Assembly (NCBI RefSeq): GCF_006345805.1
Contig: NC_042999.1
Coordinates: forward strand, 107,818,001 to 107,882,000
From: Octopus sinensis
Taxonomy: Eukaryota
Direction of reading: 5' to 3'
Length of the DNA stretch: 64,000 bases
In this document: positions 1-9,966 of the stretch, piece after piece
Layout: the number at the start of each line of letters is the position of its first letter
How positions within the stretch are numbered: position 1 is the stretch's first letter
Program-made: the position numbers and the translations under genes
Notes under the pieces: model-generated
The model's input: the letters and a program-made list of their open reading frames with translations, nothing else
Databases searched by the model: none
Told to the model about the DNA's origin: nothing

Positions 1-644
1 ACAAATTATGACCTTGAGAAATAAGCATGGGAACTTTTGTTTTGCAAAATAAGATTCCGGAGGGTAGAGTTACAAATATGTTTTGATTCTCATCTATCTT
101 ACAAACAGAAACAAGCAAACACAATGCTTCACGTCATTACTTTAGTAGCAAATTAAAGAAAGGTCGACCGATTGTTGTCTCTGTTGCGCCAAAAAAAAAA
201 AAAAAATGGAAGCAGGGAAAAATAACCCTAGTGCTAGTTGCCTGGCTATCTATTTGTATAGCTCTCCAGCAGAGAAAAGGTACAGAAAATGCTTGGAACT
301 GACAATGGGCGCATCAGAGTTGCATTGAAGCTCTAGTATGCAGCTCTTACATTTAAACTTATTAAAGAATCGAGATTTATTTTACTCCTGTTAAATTTAG
401 AACCTTTATTGTGTTGAGTTGCAATGATGGTGAAGATGACTTCTGGAAGACAAATACTATGATTAAGTTTCAGTTTTCAGTCAGCCATTTTCTTCGAAGT
501 GTATGAGCGTCGCACCATTTACGCATTCTTCGTTTGACAATTGAAGGTTTTCATCCACTTCGCTTAGAAAATACTTTTGAGAGTAACCTAACTTCATTAG
601 TTACTCCACCTCCACAATTATTTCGATCTTTCGATCCACAGTTG

Positions 645-2400
645 ATTTTATTACTACCCACAAGGGGCGAACATAGAGGGGACAATACAATCTGATGTGG
701 GGTCAGACATACGGATGGTTTTTACAAAAATTCGGATTTAAAAATAACATGAAATTACAAGAATATACACAAAATCGAATGATGAAACAGACCGGAAGAC
801 ATTACAGGTGGAGTGGGTGCGGGTTTATCTCGGACCCCACGAGCCCCGCCTCCCCACTGATACTTTTGGTTGCGCTTGGTATTACCATTTATGTTGTATC
901 TTTCACTCGCAACTTCCGTGCCACATCTTTCCATCGTTCTTCATACACTCTCCTAGTCAGGCATATTCTCTCCAGCCCTATCTTCCTTTTCAGGTGAAAG
1001 ATGAAATAATTCATCAAACCAGGGCCAGAGATGAACTTGCCTGCCTGTAAACCTTTCACTCTCGTCTTCCATATCACCTCTTTCGCAATTGCTACTACAA
1101 CGAGAAAACGAAACTTACCTTCATTCACGAGGAAATCCGGTGGGTCAATTTTTGTAATCGACTCAGTCGACAGCTGTACTCTTCGTGTACCTGACAACAG
1201 CTGTTCGGCATAAACCCACACCTCAGACACGTCCGGACAATGAACAATAGCGTGCGGGACGGTTTCCCTATCCCGCCCGCATCTTGGACATATCGGACTG
1301 TCTCGGCCACCGTGCCTTGCGAGTTTATCCCGAACAGGTAGAGCTCCTCTGTAGCATTGCCATGCCAGAGACTTCTGGAAGTTGTCCAGTGTCCTCGGCT
1401 TGAACGTACGTCGGAACAGACTGGCCAGCTGATTATCGTCGAGACCTAGGGTTTCCCCCAAGGTATCTTCACATTCCGCCTCTACCAACCCTCTATAGAA
1501 GAATGTGGTGGAACCCCCACCGCAGGCGTTGCCCGAGCGACGGAATAGCAGGAGAGCCTTGCGACACTCCGTGTACCAAGTACCGAGTTTCGATCTACGA
1601 TTCAGCCAGGTTTCCCGTCCACCGAAACTAGTGAACTTGGGAAACATCAGTTTTGCTAACGGAGACCACACCCGTTCACCATCCAGGTAGAGCCACAGAT
1701 GTCTTAACCTCAGCGCATGTCTGCGCATCATCAGCCAAGGCATCCCTAGCCCACCCTTTAACGGTTGTTGACAGCAAGTAGAGCGTTTCACAAGTGGTTT
1801 CCTACCCTTCCACAAGAAGTAGAAGAGCTGTCTTTCCAACTTGGTCAACCACGAATCGGGGCAAGGAACGACGGAAAGGCGGTAGGTGATAACCGATGCG
1901 ATAAACACATTGGCCACCTCCGCCCTCCCTTTCAAGGATAGCCACCGCCAAGACCAGGTCTTGGCTACTGCAGCCACCTTGCTCGTTACCTCGCCCCAAT
2001 TCTTCTCTATTTGGAGGTCTGGACCGAACCAGACCCCTAGCAGTTTAATCGGACCCTCCGTCCAACGTCCCACGACGCTGTCAGGAGGCATCGACTTGCC
2101 TCTCCAGGTGCCGAGTTGCAAGCCGACTGACTTTTCACGATTAACTTTTGCTCCTGTCACCGTCTCGTAAACCTCTATGGCCTTGCCTACTTTACATAGG
2201 TGGTCCATTTCGGTTACGATGATGGTGATGTCATCCGCGTACGCCGACACTGATTTTCCATTACCCGGCTGTCTCGGGATGCCGCTCAGTTTTCGCAGTC
2301 ATGGCTCTAGGGCCATCACGTACAAAAGGGGGGAGAGCGGACACCCTTGACGAACCGAGCGTTTGATTTTGAACGGCTTCGACAAGAAGCCGTTCACCCG
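645..2400 (-). mobile_element. 5'-truncated Tx1/L1-clade LINE (3' part of ORF2 plus ~245-nt 3' UTR)
   Basis: The minus strand encodes RT motifs ([15 protein letters not shown]), an LKGRAEVANVFIAS segment and a C-terminal CxxC..H...C knuckle typical of L1/Tx1 ORF2. The 3' UTR ends ...TTGTGGGTAGTAATAAAAT. CpGs are retained. Confidence 0.9.
889..2400 (-). pseudogene. LINE ORF2 reverse transcriptase C-terminal fragment with one in-frame stop
   Basis: ORF 889..2250 extends upstream in frame as [56 protein letters not shown]. Confidence 0.85.
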
Positions 2401-3640
2401 TCCATGCATTTGACAAATCACATTCACAATATATGTTTAGAAAAATCCCGTCAACCGAAGATTTGGTTAGCTAACACATTTCTGACTCCATGGCCTTCAT
2501 TTCGTGTTCAGTAAGCAAAACTCTTTTTACATTATATTTATTTGACAGAACATACGGCGGCAAACAGGCTAGATTTTGTAAGTAAGTTCCCGGTGAACAG
2601 TCTTTTAATCCAGTTGAAATTATTATTTAGGACAACCAGTCGTTTGTGCTGAGTTAAGCCATTGATGGATACCACATACATCCATGCATGCAATTGACTA
2701 TATCGCACACAATACAAATGTGAACCTCATTTTAATTTTTATGAAAACAATAATATTTATTTCAAATATTTGTATTTCTTTTAAAGTATGAAATAGGTAA
2801 TTTCTACTAAATACATATTTAACAAAGTTGCTATTGTTTGATGCAATATAGCTGTAACTCTACCAGATTGTTCTTGTTATACGCAGTTACATGGTGTTAG
2901 ATGTGTCGACTGAATTGAATATTAACTGCTTGTGGTGCTTTGTTGTTCCTATGTTGCTCGATTGTAACATTTTGTTTAAAGCAAAATAATGATAAAAAAA
3001 AAAAACTTGGCCAGAGATATATATTTGAAGAATTTTTTTTTTTTTTGGAAAATTAAATGACGCTCTAGTTAGTATTGTGTACTGTTAGTCTGGTTTCTGT
3101 TTATGTTCTTTTGAGTTTTCGGCCATAATGTGAAAGGTCGCCAAAACAATTTAGTAGGAAGACAACCAAAGTTGACTCCCAGCGGGATATGAATCACTGC
3201 TACTGAATTAGAATTATACAATACATTTGTTTTGGCGCTTTTCTTTACTTCACTAATCATTTCTGTATCGGTCCAATTTTAGTTATGTGTATTGCCTTTC
3301 ATATCTAAGACAGTGAAGTATTATTTGATGGAGATTAGTTTGCTAGTTCTTGCAGGTCGAGAGATACACATTATTTTGGCTGCGTGAAGGTTACATTATA
3401 TTGTTTATTTCTCGAATGTCGAGAAAAATGCTTTGCAGTTTTACTATGTTATAACTATGCGGATTTTGGTTAAATAAGTCTTGGTATTATGTTAAGATTG
3501 CGTGCTGTACCGTAACAAAACCAACTTATACGTTGTTTAAATAACATTTATTTTTCAGTAGTATATCACATTTATATAATTAGTGGTTTACCAACGGTAT
3601 ATTGTGGTATGTTAGAAGCAAGTGTAGTTCATAGTTACAT

Positions 3641-4685
3641 CAAAGGCGTAGCCATGTTCTAAAGTTAAGAAGGCTCACACATAAAAAAAAAGGCGCGTGA
3701 CGCATAGCAAACAATTTTAAACTAATTTCTCTTATATTACGCAAAATATTTCATTAGTTACAATATATGTAATTGTATTTACGATCATTAATTTCATGTT
3801 CCAGTTACAATGTTATCGTATACGAAACTTACAGATACTGATTTAACTAATGAGTTAAAACCAAAAAGTTGTTGAAAAGGTGCCAATTTTGAAAAATGTG
3901 CTCGTGGTGAGCAGTCGCGGATCTTTTCGGTTTGAACGGCAGTTTTTAACATAATTTCTAGGTAACTAAAAAATTTTAAACTTTGTATACTGGTAGAATG
4001 TGTTTATAGAACATCTTTTTCTCTTGGCTTTCTTGAGAAAATTCTGTAGTTTGTAACATATTTGTTGTTTAATTTCTTGCATTTCGGCAATTTCAACCAA
4101 TCAATTACGTCTATTGAGTTAAAAAGCATTCTGTTCCGTATGAATATGTTCCTCGTTTAAGAAACACATTGGCTTTATTTACATTTGTGAAGAAAAAAAG
4201 ATACCCTTCCCCCACCCCTAACCAACCCTAAATCTAAAATAGATTGAAATGCAATGGATTGAAACGGCAGTTTTTTCTAGTGGTGTCATATGAAATTGTC
4301 ACCCATAATTATGACCCTAGTATCGATCTATTGCATTTCAATCTATTTTAGATTTAGGGGTGGGGGAAGGGTATCTTTTTTTCTTCACAAATGAAATTAA
4401 CCCAATGTGTTTCTTAAACGAGGGACATATTCATACAGCACAGAATGCTTTTTAACTCAATAGACGCCAGTGATTGGTTGAAATTGTCGAAATGCAAGGA
4501 ATTAAACAACAAATATGTTACAAACCACAGAATTTTCTCAAGAAAGCCAAGAGAAAAAGATGTTTTATAAACACATTCTACCAGTATACGAAGTTTAAAA
4601 TTTTTTAGTTACCTAGAAATTATGTTAAAAACTGCCGTTCTAACCGAAAAGATCCGCAGTCGCTGTTTTACTAGCTACGCCACTG
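3641..4685. mobile_element. Non-autonomous hAT-like DNA transposon (host of a nested insertion)
   Basis: Imperfect TIRs CAAAGGCGTAGCCA / revcomp CAGTGGCGTAGCTA. Flanking 8-mers AGTTACAT (3633-3640) and AGTTAAAT (4686-4693) match 7/8; an 8-bp TSD is characteristic of hAT. Confidence 0.7.
3919..4655. mobile_element. Foldback/MITE element with ~335-bp terminal inverted repeats (MULE- or Merlin-like)
   Basis: Ends GGATCTTTTCGG...CCGAAAAGATCC. Exact 8-bp TSD GCAGTCGC at 3911-3918 and 4656-4663. Long arms surround a ~70-bp spacer. Confidence 0.85.
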
Positions 4686-6090
4686 AGTTAAATTAATAAG
4701 TTTCGCTTGAGAGATGGGAAAATATTGTTCTTCATAGTCGACGATTCCTTTAACTGAGAGTTGAGCTGCAGCAAGGGCTTGTCGTCTGTGCATTTCATGT
4801 GCATTTCTGATGCATTTACCAACATTATTGCTTATATAACTTATGCGGAAACTTCTGAAACCTGATAGAACTGTATAAAACGGATAAATATTTCTGCTAG
4901 CTGGTTGGTTGGCAATGAGGATACGTCATCTGATTTAAGTGTGGTCTGAGCCTAGTTATTAAAGCTGTAGAGGTTTCAAGTGTAGGCTTTGCTACAACTA
5001 CGTATAAATACCTATGTTAAAATCCGGCCATGGTCAGTTTTGCCTTAAAAATATTCGCAGGGTCGGGTATCCACTACTCCGCCTCACCAAATTGCTGGAT
5101 TTGCCTAAATCAGAAACCATTATACTGTTTATGAATTTCAAAATAAAAGAGGAGGAAAAATCACCCGAACTTAGACAGATTGAGTATGAAGTAGCTGCTA
5201 CCATAGATTGAAATCAAAACTGAGATGATACTTAGTTGTAGGATCGAAGAAAACCTTCCGAAATGTACTTGTACTTAGTGGTTCTAGATAAATATATCAC
5301 CATCATCCGTCACCCATACAACCACCGCCATCGTTGTACACGCATCTCTAAATCTTTGTCTGAACTATATTCACAGCAATGGCATTAATACTAGAATATA
5401 ATGAGAAGAATAACGATTTATTTTTCAGCCAGCTGGACAGTTTTATTTGACTACAATGTTGTTGGGGTGTGGAAATCTAGTCTTAGAACGAACAAGAGAA
5501 GATCAGAATCAACACTATAATTCGGTGGACGACGTATTTATAGATACAACTAGCGTGAACTAAAGGATTAAGACATAATACATTCGTGCGATTTATGATT
5601 CTAAAGTTATGAAATACTTCTACAATAAACTGCTGTAACGAAGTTCCGGGATTATAGAATAAACAGATAAATAAAAACACATTTACGAGCAGGCAAATAT
5701 AAGCTTTGACGCGATCGCTTAACCTGCTAGAGAGAAGAAGCAGACAAATTTTCCTCAAATCATACTCTACGGTTTTTTTAGAAAATGGCTACATTTGAAA
5801 TGAACTAGTTCTGGGGACGGACACACACATTTAATAAGTGCCAGTGAATGAATTTATGAGCCCTCGAGTCACTCTAACTTCTACCGATTATTAATTCTTT
5901 CTACTATAGGCACAAATCCTGGAATTTGGGGAAGGGGACAGCCCCCACTCTCTCTCTCTCTGTATATATATATATATATATATATACCGGAGTAAACACA
6001 TAAATGTGAAACAAGGTGGAAAAAAGAGTACTCAAATACCAGTGGTAGAGTAATATGCTTTATTTTAAGCAGCAGAAAACTCAACAAAAT

Positions 6091-6128
6091 CTGTTACTCT
6101 GAGTTTCTCGTTGCCGTTCATCAGACAG
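6091..6128 (-). ncRNA. Minimal type I hammerhead ribozyme motif (mirror copy)
   Basis: Exact reverse complement of 6309-6346. Confidence 0.65.
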
Positions 6129-6308
6129 TTTTTGCTAGAATGGAACTGATATATCAATTCAATCTATACTCTTACAAACGCTACACCTTTAAAAAGAAAT
6201 GGACTTGTTTGATTGGCCGGCCAATCAAACAAATCCATTTCTTTTTAAAGGTGTAGCGTTTGTAAGAGTATAGATTGAATTGATATATCAGTTCCATTCT
6301 AGCAAAAA

Positions 6309-6346
6309 CTGTCTGATGAACGGCAACGAGAAACTCAGAGTAACAG
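6309..6346 (+). ncRNA. Minimal type I hammerhead ribozyme motif
   Basis: CTGT-CTGATGA-ACG(GCAA)CGA-GAAAC-TCAGA-GTA-ACAG: stem I CTGT/ACAG, intact core, GNRA-capped stem II with an A.A closing mismatch, near-palindromic stem III. Confidence 0.65.
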
Positions 6347-6380
6347 ATTTCGTTGAATTTTCTGCTGCTTAAAATAAAGT

Positions 6381-6411
<31 letters not shown>

Positions 6412-6415
<4 letters not shown>

Positions 6416-6535
6416 GCTCAACTAGTACTTATTTTATCGATCTTTGCGGAATTTGAACTCAAAATGTAAACACGGACGAAATAACGCTAAGCATTTTGTT
6501 TGGCATGCTAACAATTTTGCTAGCTCACCACCTTC
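6412..6535 (-). mobile_element. tRNA-derived SINE fragment (Meta-like family, internally deleted)
   Basis: Reverse complement of the GGTGAGCTAGCA..GTTAGCA head, the GAGTTCAAATTCC box B and ATCGATAAAATAAGTAC. Confidence 0.6.
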
Positions 6536-6961
6536 TGCCGTTTATTAAATAATGAAGAAAAAAAAAGTTTATTCATGTTTTGAGTTCTTAGAGAGTCATA
6601 GTACTTCTCGATGAGGTTTGACCTGGATGTAAATTATACATTTTAATGATTATTTCTTTTTGTATAGTCTAAACTTTAAGATGTATAGAGGAGGATAGAA
6701 GGAAGATGTGACAAGTATTTCATAAGGACATTTAATTATGCAAGTAAAGTGTGTAAGTGAAAATGTCATATGAATTCGTTTTGCCTATAATTCACACTAC
6801 AGTGTATGGCCGACCTTACACATCTAGAGGACAAGAGGAGCTAATGAAGAAACCTCTAGTAGCCAGATGTCCTTCAAGTTACATCCTGCTATTTTTGAAG
6901 AAGACTCCGGAAAATATCTCCCTACATATACTGTATTTTTCTTTTTAAAAAAGAAAAAACA

Positions 6962-6994
<33 letters not shown>

Positions 6995-7000
<6 letters not shown>

Positions 7001-7062
7001 AAAAGCAGCAAAAATATCACTCAGTACTCAGGGTTTCACGTTCCCATTCGTTAGACAGTTTT
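6995..7062 (-). mobile_element. Penelope-like pLTR remnant with decayed hammerhead
   Basis: The minus strand reads AACTGT-CTAACGA-ATG(GGAA)CGT-GAAAC-CCTGA-GTA. It is related to the 6.1-6.3 kb motif; core G5 is mutated and the stem I partner is lost. Confidence 0.5.
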
Positions 7063-7087
7063 GATACACATACACATATGTGTGTGG

Positions 7088-7432
7088 TGGCGAGCTGGCA
7101 AAATAATTAGCACGCCGGGCAAAATGCTTTGCGGTATTTCGTCTGCCGCTATGTTCTGAGTTCAAATTCCGCCGAAGTCGACTTTGTCTTTCATCCTTTC
7201 GGGGTCGATTAAATAAGTACCAGTTACGCACTGGGGTTGTCTGTCCTTGTTTGTCTGTCCTTGTTTGTCCTCTCTGTGTATAGCCCGTTGTGGGTAATAA
7301 AGAAATAGGTATTTCGTCTGTCGTTTCGTTCTTTCATGGTCGATTAAATAATTACCAATTACACACTGGAGTTGATGTAATCGACTTAACCCTTTGTTTG
7401 TCCTTCGTGTTTATCCCCCTGGGCAATAAATA
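7088..7432 (+). mobile_element. tRNA-derived SINE (Meta-like central domain, tail A) followed by a partial tandem copy
   Basis: GGCGAGCTGGC head, GAGTTCAAATTCC box B, GTCGACTTTGTCTTTCATCCTTTCGGGGTCGAT core and tail TTGTCCTCTCTGTGTATAGCCCGTTGTGGGTAATAAAGAAA. A second partial unit starts at ~7290. Confidence 0.8.
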
Positions 7433-7479
7433 AACAAATTAATATATAATATTAGCAACAGTTTATATTAACAATATAA

Positions 7480-7527
7480 TGTAATAGTCTGCTTCATCGC
7501 AGCTGACCATGGGTTAAACATCAACAG
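7480..7527 (+). other. Candidate 5' non-coding exon (start undefined)
   Basis: Donor-like CAACAG|GTATGC at 7527/7528 in the CpG-rich zone. No transcript evidence. Confidence 0.2.
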
Positions 7528-7931
7528 GTATGCGTGAGAAGGGAGGAAAAATAATTCACCTGATTTATCTTACCAAAATCTTTTCTTATGGTTAATACAT
7601 TATTTATATGTCTCCACTAATCACACCACAACGTGTTTAATCCATTATATAATATCCCGTTGTAAAACATGGAATGAGACGCCAGTAATAATTCTCTTTA
7701 ATTCTCTGTTTATTACTTGGCTTCGTATCTAAGTTAGCTGTGGAGTATCACAATAAACAGCCATTTCTTTCTCTCCTAAACGTCCAACAGTTTCAAATTG
7801 TATCCTTCTTCTGCGTGATCGTTTTGATTTTATAATTTCTGACTTTTCGTACTTTTGATTTCAAACATGCTGATTATAGATATGCATTTGTTTTAAAGAT
7901 TTTCACAATTCACTTTTTTTTATTTGATGAA

Positions 7932-8348
7932 GTAACGGAATCGTTAGCACACAAAATGCCTATTTCTTTACTACCCACAAGGGGCTAAACACAGAGGGGA
8001 GAAACAAGGACAGACAAACGGATTAAGTCGATTATATCAACTCCAGTGCGTAACTGGTACTTATTTAATCGACCCCGAAAGGATGAGAGGCAAAGTTGAC
8101 CTCGGCGAAATTTGAACTAAGAACGTAGCGGCAAACGAAATTCGCCCGACCTGCTAACGTTTCTGCCAGCTCAAAATGCCTTTAAGCATGTTGTCCGTCT
8201 TTATGTTCTGCGTTCAAATTCCGATTATGTCGACTTAACCTTTCGTCCTTTTGGAATCGATAAAATAAGTATTAGTTGAGCACTGAGGTCAGTGTAATCA
8301 ACTATACCCTCCTAATATTCAGGTCTTGTGCCTATAATAGAAAGGATT
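7932..8348 (+). mobile_element. Meta-like SINE (tail B) interrupted by an opposite-strand SINE
   Basis: The head GGAATCGTTAGCAC..CAAAATGCCT resumes after 8172. Tail TCAGGTCTTGTGCCTATAATAGAAAGGATTAT. Confidence 0.7.
7962..8171 (-). mobile_element. Full-length Meta-like SINE (tail A) with 10-bp TSD
   Basis: TSD CAAAATGCCT at 7952-7961 and 8172-8181; reverse complement of the 7088 copy. Confidence 0.85.
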
Positions 8349-8453
8349 ATAGTAATAAAAAAAAGCAAGTCCAGCTAAATACTCATTGAACGCAAAGGGA
8401 GTTAATCAAGTACTTGTTTCAGAAAACGTTTGCAAGCTTGGGCCATGTGAGAC

Positions 8454-8494
8454 ATGGCTCATCGTCTGGCGGGACGCACTATTAAAAATTCATG
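8454..8494 (+). CDS. Candidate first coding segment MAHRLAGRTIKNS(W) in exon 8423-8494
   Basis: Acceptor TACTTGTTTCAG, start context AGACATGG, donor CATG|GTAATT. No homology recognised. Confidence 0.3.
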
Positions 8495-8637
8495 GTAATT
8501 TTATGTTGGGCGTGCCATTCAGGAAGCCCTGCTGGCTGCTGTTTGCCCACGATTGATTTTGAGAGTCAGATATACGTGGCCCTGAAATAGTAGTAATTGA
8601 AGTTAAGGAATTTCTCTGCTTCATGTTGTTGTCACAG

Positions 8638-8657
8638 GATGTACAAAACACATCAAA
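8638..8657 (+). CDS. Candidate 20-nt micro-exon ((W)MYKTHQ)
   Basis: Acceptor GTTGTTGTCACAG, donor AAA|GTAAAT; phase-compatible with 8454-8494. Confidence 0.25.
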
Positions 8658-8938
8658 GTAAATATGTATATATATATAACTGAAATATTAGCTGCAAGCA
8701 GTGTTTAGGCATAAGCAAAGTTTAGATTAGTTGAAATATGCTTGTGACGTATTTCAACTGCTAAAACGCAAATTCACTGCAGTTTGCATAGAGAAAATTT
8801 TCTTTTATGGTAAAATGGTGTAAAAATGCCATATCTATTCAGTGCTGCCATTTGCCAGGATTCCCAGATATTGATGTTTCTAGCTCATTAGCTGTTATCA
8901 ATGGGACATACCTAAGAGAGACAACTTTGAACAGATTA

Positions 8939-8974
<36 letters not shown>

Positions 8975-9030
8975 ATCAGTATGTCTGAAAATAATATGCA
9001 TGCTTTCTCCACTTTTTTTTCTTTTTGCAG

Positions 9031-9075
9031 CAAATCAATCACATAGAATGCATTTACATTCTTATTTCACTCACA
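9031..9075 (+). CDS. Candidate 45-nt exon
   Basis: Strong acceptor ACTTTTTTTTTCTTTTTGCAG and donor ACA|GTGAGG; open in two frames. Confidence 0.25.
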
Positions 9076-9807
9076 GTGAGGCTTTTTAATTTTAAAATTT
9101 ATGTTCTGCTTTACATTGTATTGTGCATATAATAGATATGGTTCTATGACAAGCCACCAAGAATGCAAATATGCAAATTAAGTTATCCACAATGATGCTA
9201 GCCTAATTTGTCTGCTTTACTGACTGATGCTATTGATATGCAACCAACAAACTATGAAATAGTCTGTCAGGAGATTCTCTCTTTTTTCTACACAACAATA
9301 GCAGAGAACATCATAACGACCAAATGATTGTCAGCATTTTCTTTATCAATACTTCTTACAACCCTTATTGGTTCAAGCCGTTAAGGAGTGCATTAAGTAT
9401 TAAAATTATCCTCGTAGGATGCTGTATAAAGCATGCCCATAGTTATTGGCTATCTGATGTCAAGATTAGTAATGATGCATATGCTACTGGATTTACTGAC
9501 ACCAGTGAAATTAAAAAGTCACCCAAGGAGACACAATCTACACTGTTATGCAAGACATTGATTATGCAGCATCTCACCTGTGAGGTATAGTTACAAGATG
9601 AATCACAACAATTGTAGTGGATTTGAATAAAGAATATCATGAATTACATTTTCTATCTCTGATATATAAAATATTCATGCACAGAATATTCATTAACAGA
9701 ATATGTTTCTGTCTTGAGAAGAGACCATTTAAGTTAGCCATCTGTTGCTGCAGAGGGTCTGAGGAGGCTCATGAGCACGTGAATAATATAATTTTGTTAT
9801 ATTCCAG

Positions 9808-9966
9808 AAAGAGTGGGAGTCTGTTAATGTTCTTGATGTTGGTGACAATGCAGCACAAATGAGTGAAACAGCCACATTCATTGTAAGAACTATTGATTCA
9901 ATAAGTGCTAATTCATATCCTAGAAAGTCACTCACAGTGAACGAATTAGCCAAACTTCTAACTTAG
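9808..9966 (+). CDS. Candidate terminal exon or decayed coding relic (KEWESVNVLDVG...LTVNELAKLLT*)
   Basis: 52 open codons after TTCCAG, a stop, then AATAAA 2 nt downstream. Unidentified. Confidence 0.25.
   Translation, partial: KEWESVNVLDVGDNAAQMSETATFIVRTIDSISANSYPRKSLTVNELAKLLT

Larger units (their letters stand above)
5987..6379. mobile_element. Penelope-like pseudo-LTR remnant with inverted duplication (161-bp spacerless palindrome, 6058-6379)
   Basis: 6058-6218 is the reverse complement of 6219-6379 with 3 mismatches; the centre is GGCC|GGCC. Each arm carries a minimal hammerhead motif. Flanked by (TA)n. The Penelope assignment is inferred from the motif and architecture. Confidence 0.75.

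Noticed and set aside
630-2415. TSD or sequence-specific target for the Tx1/L1-like LINE
   Set aside because: The flanks share only TCCA..TTGA loosely; no U2, tRNA, 5S or microsatellite target is visible.
4911-4952. C/D-box-like motif GGC-AA-TGAGGA...CTGA-GCC
   Set aside because: Only 42 nt, variant C box, 3-bp stem, and no rRNA/snRNA target recognised; such a motif is expected by chance in 64 kb.
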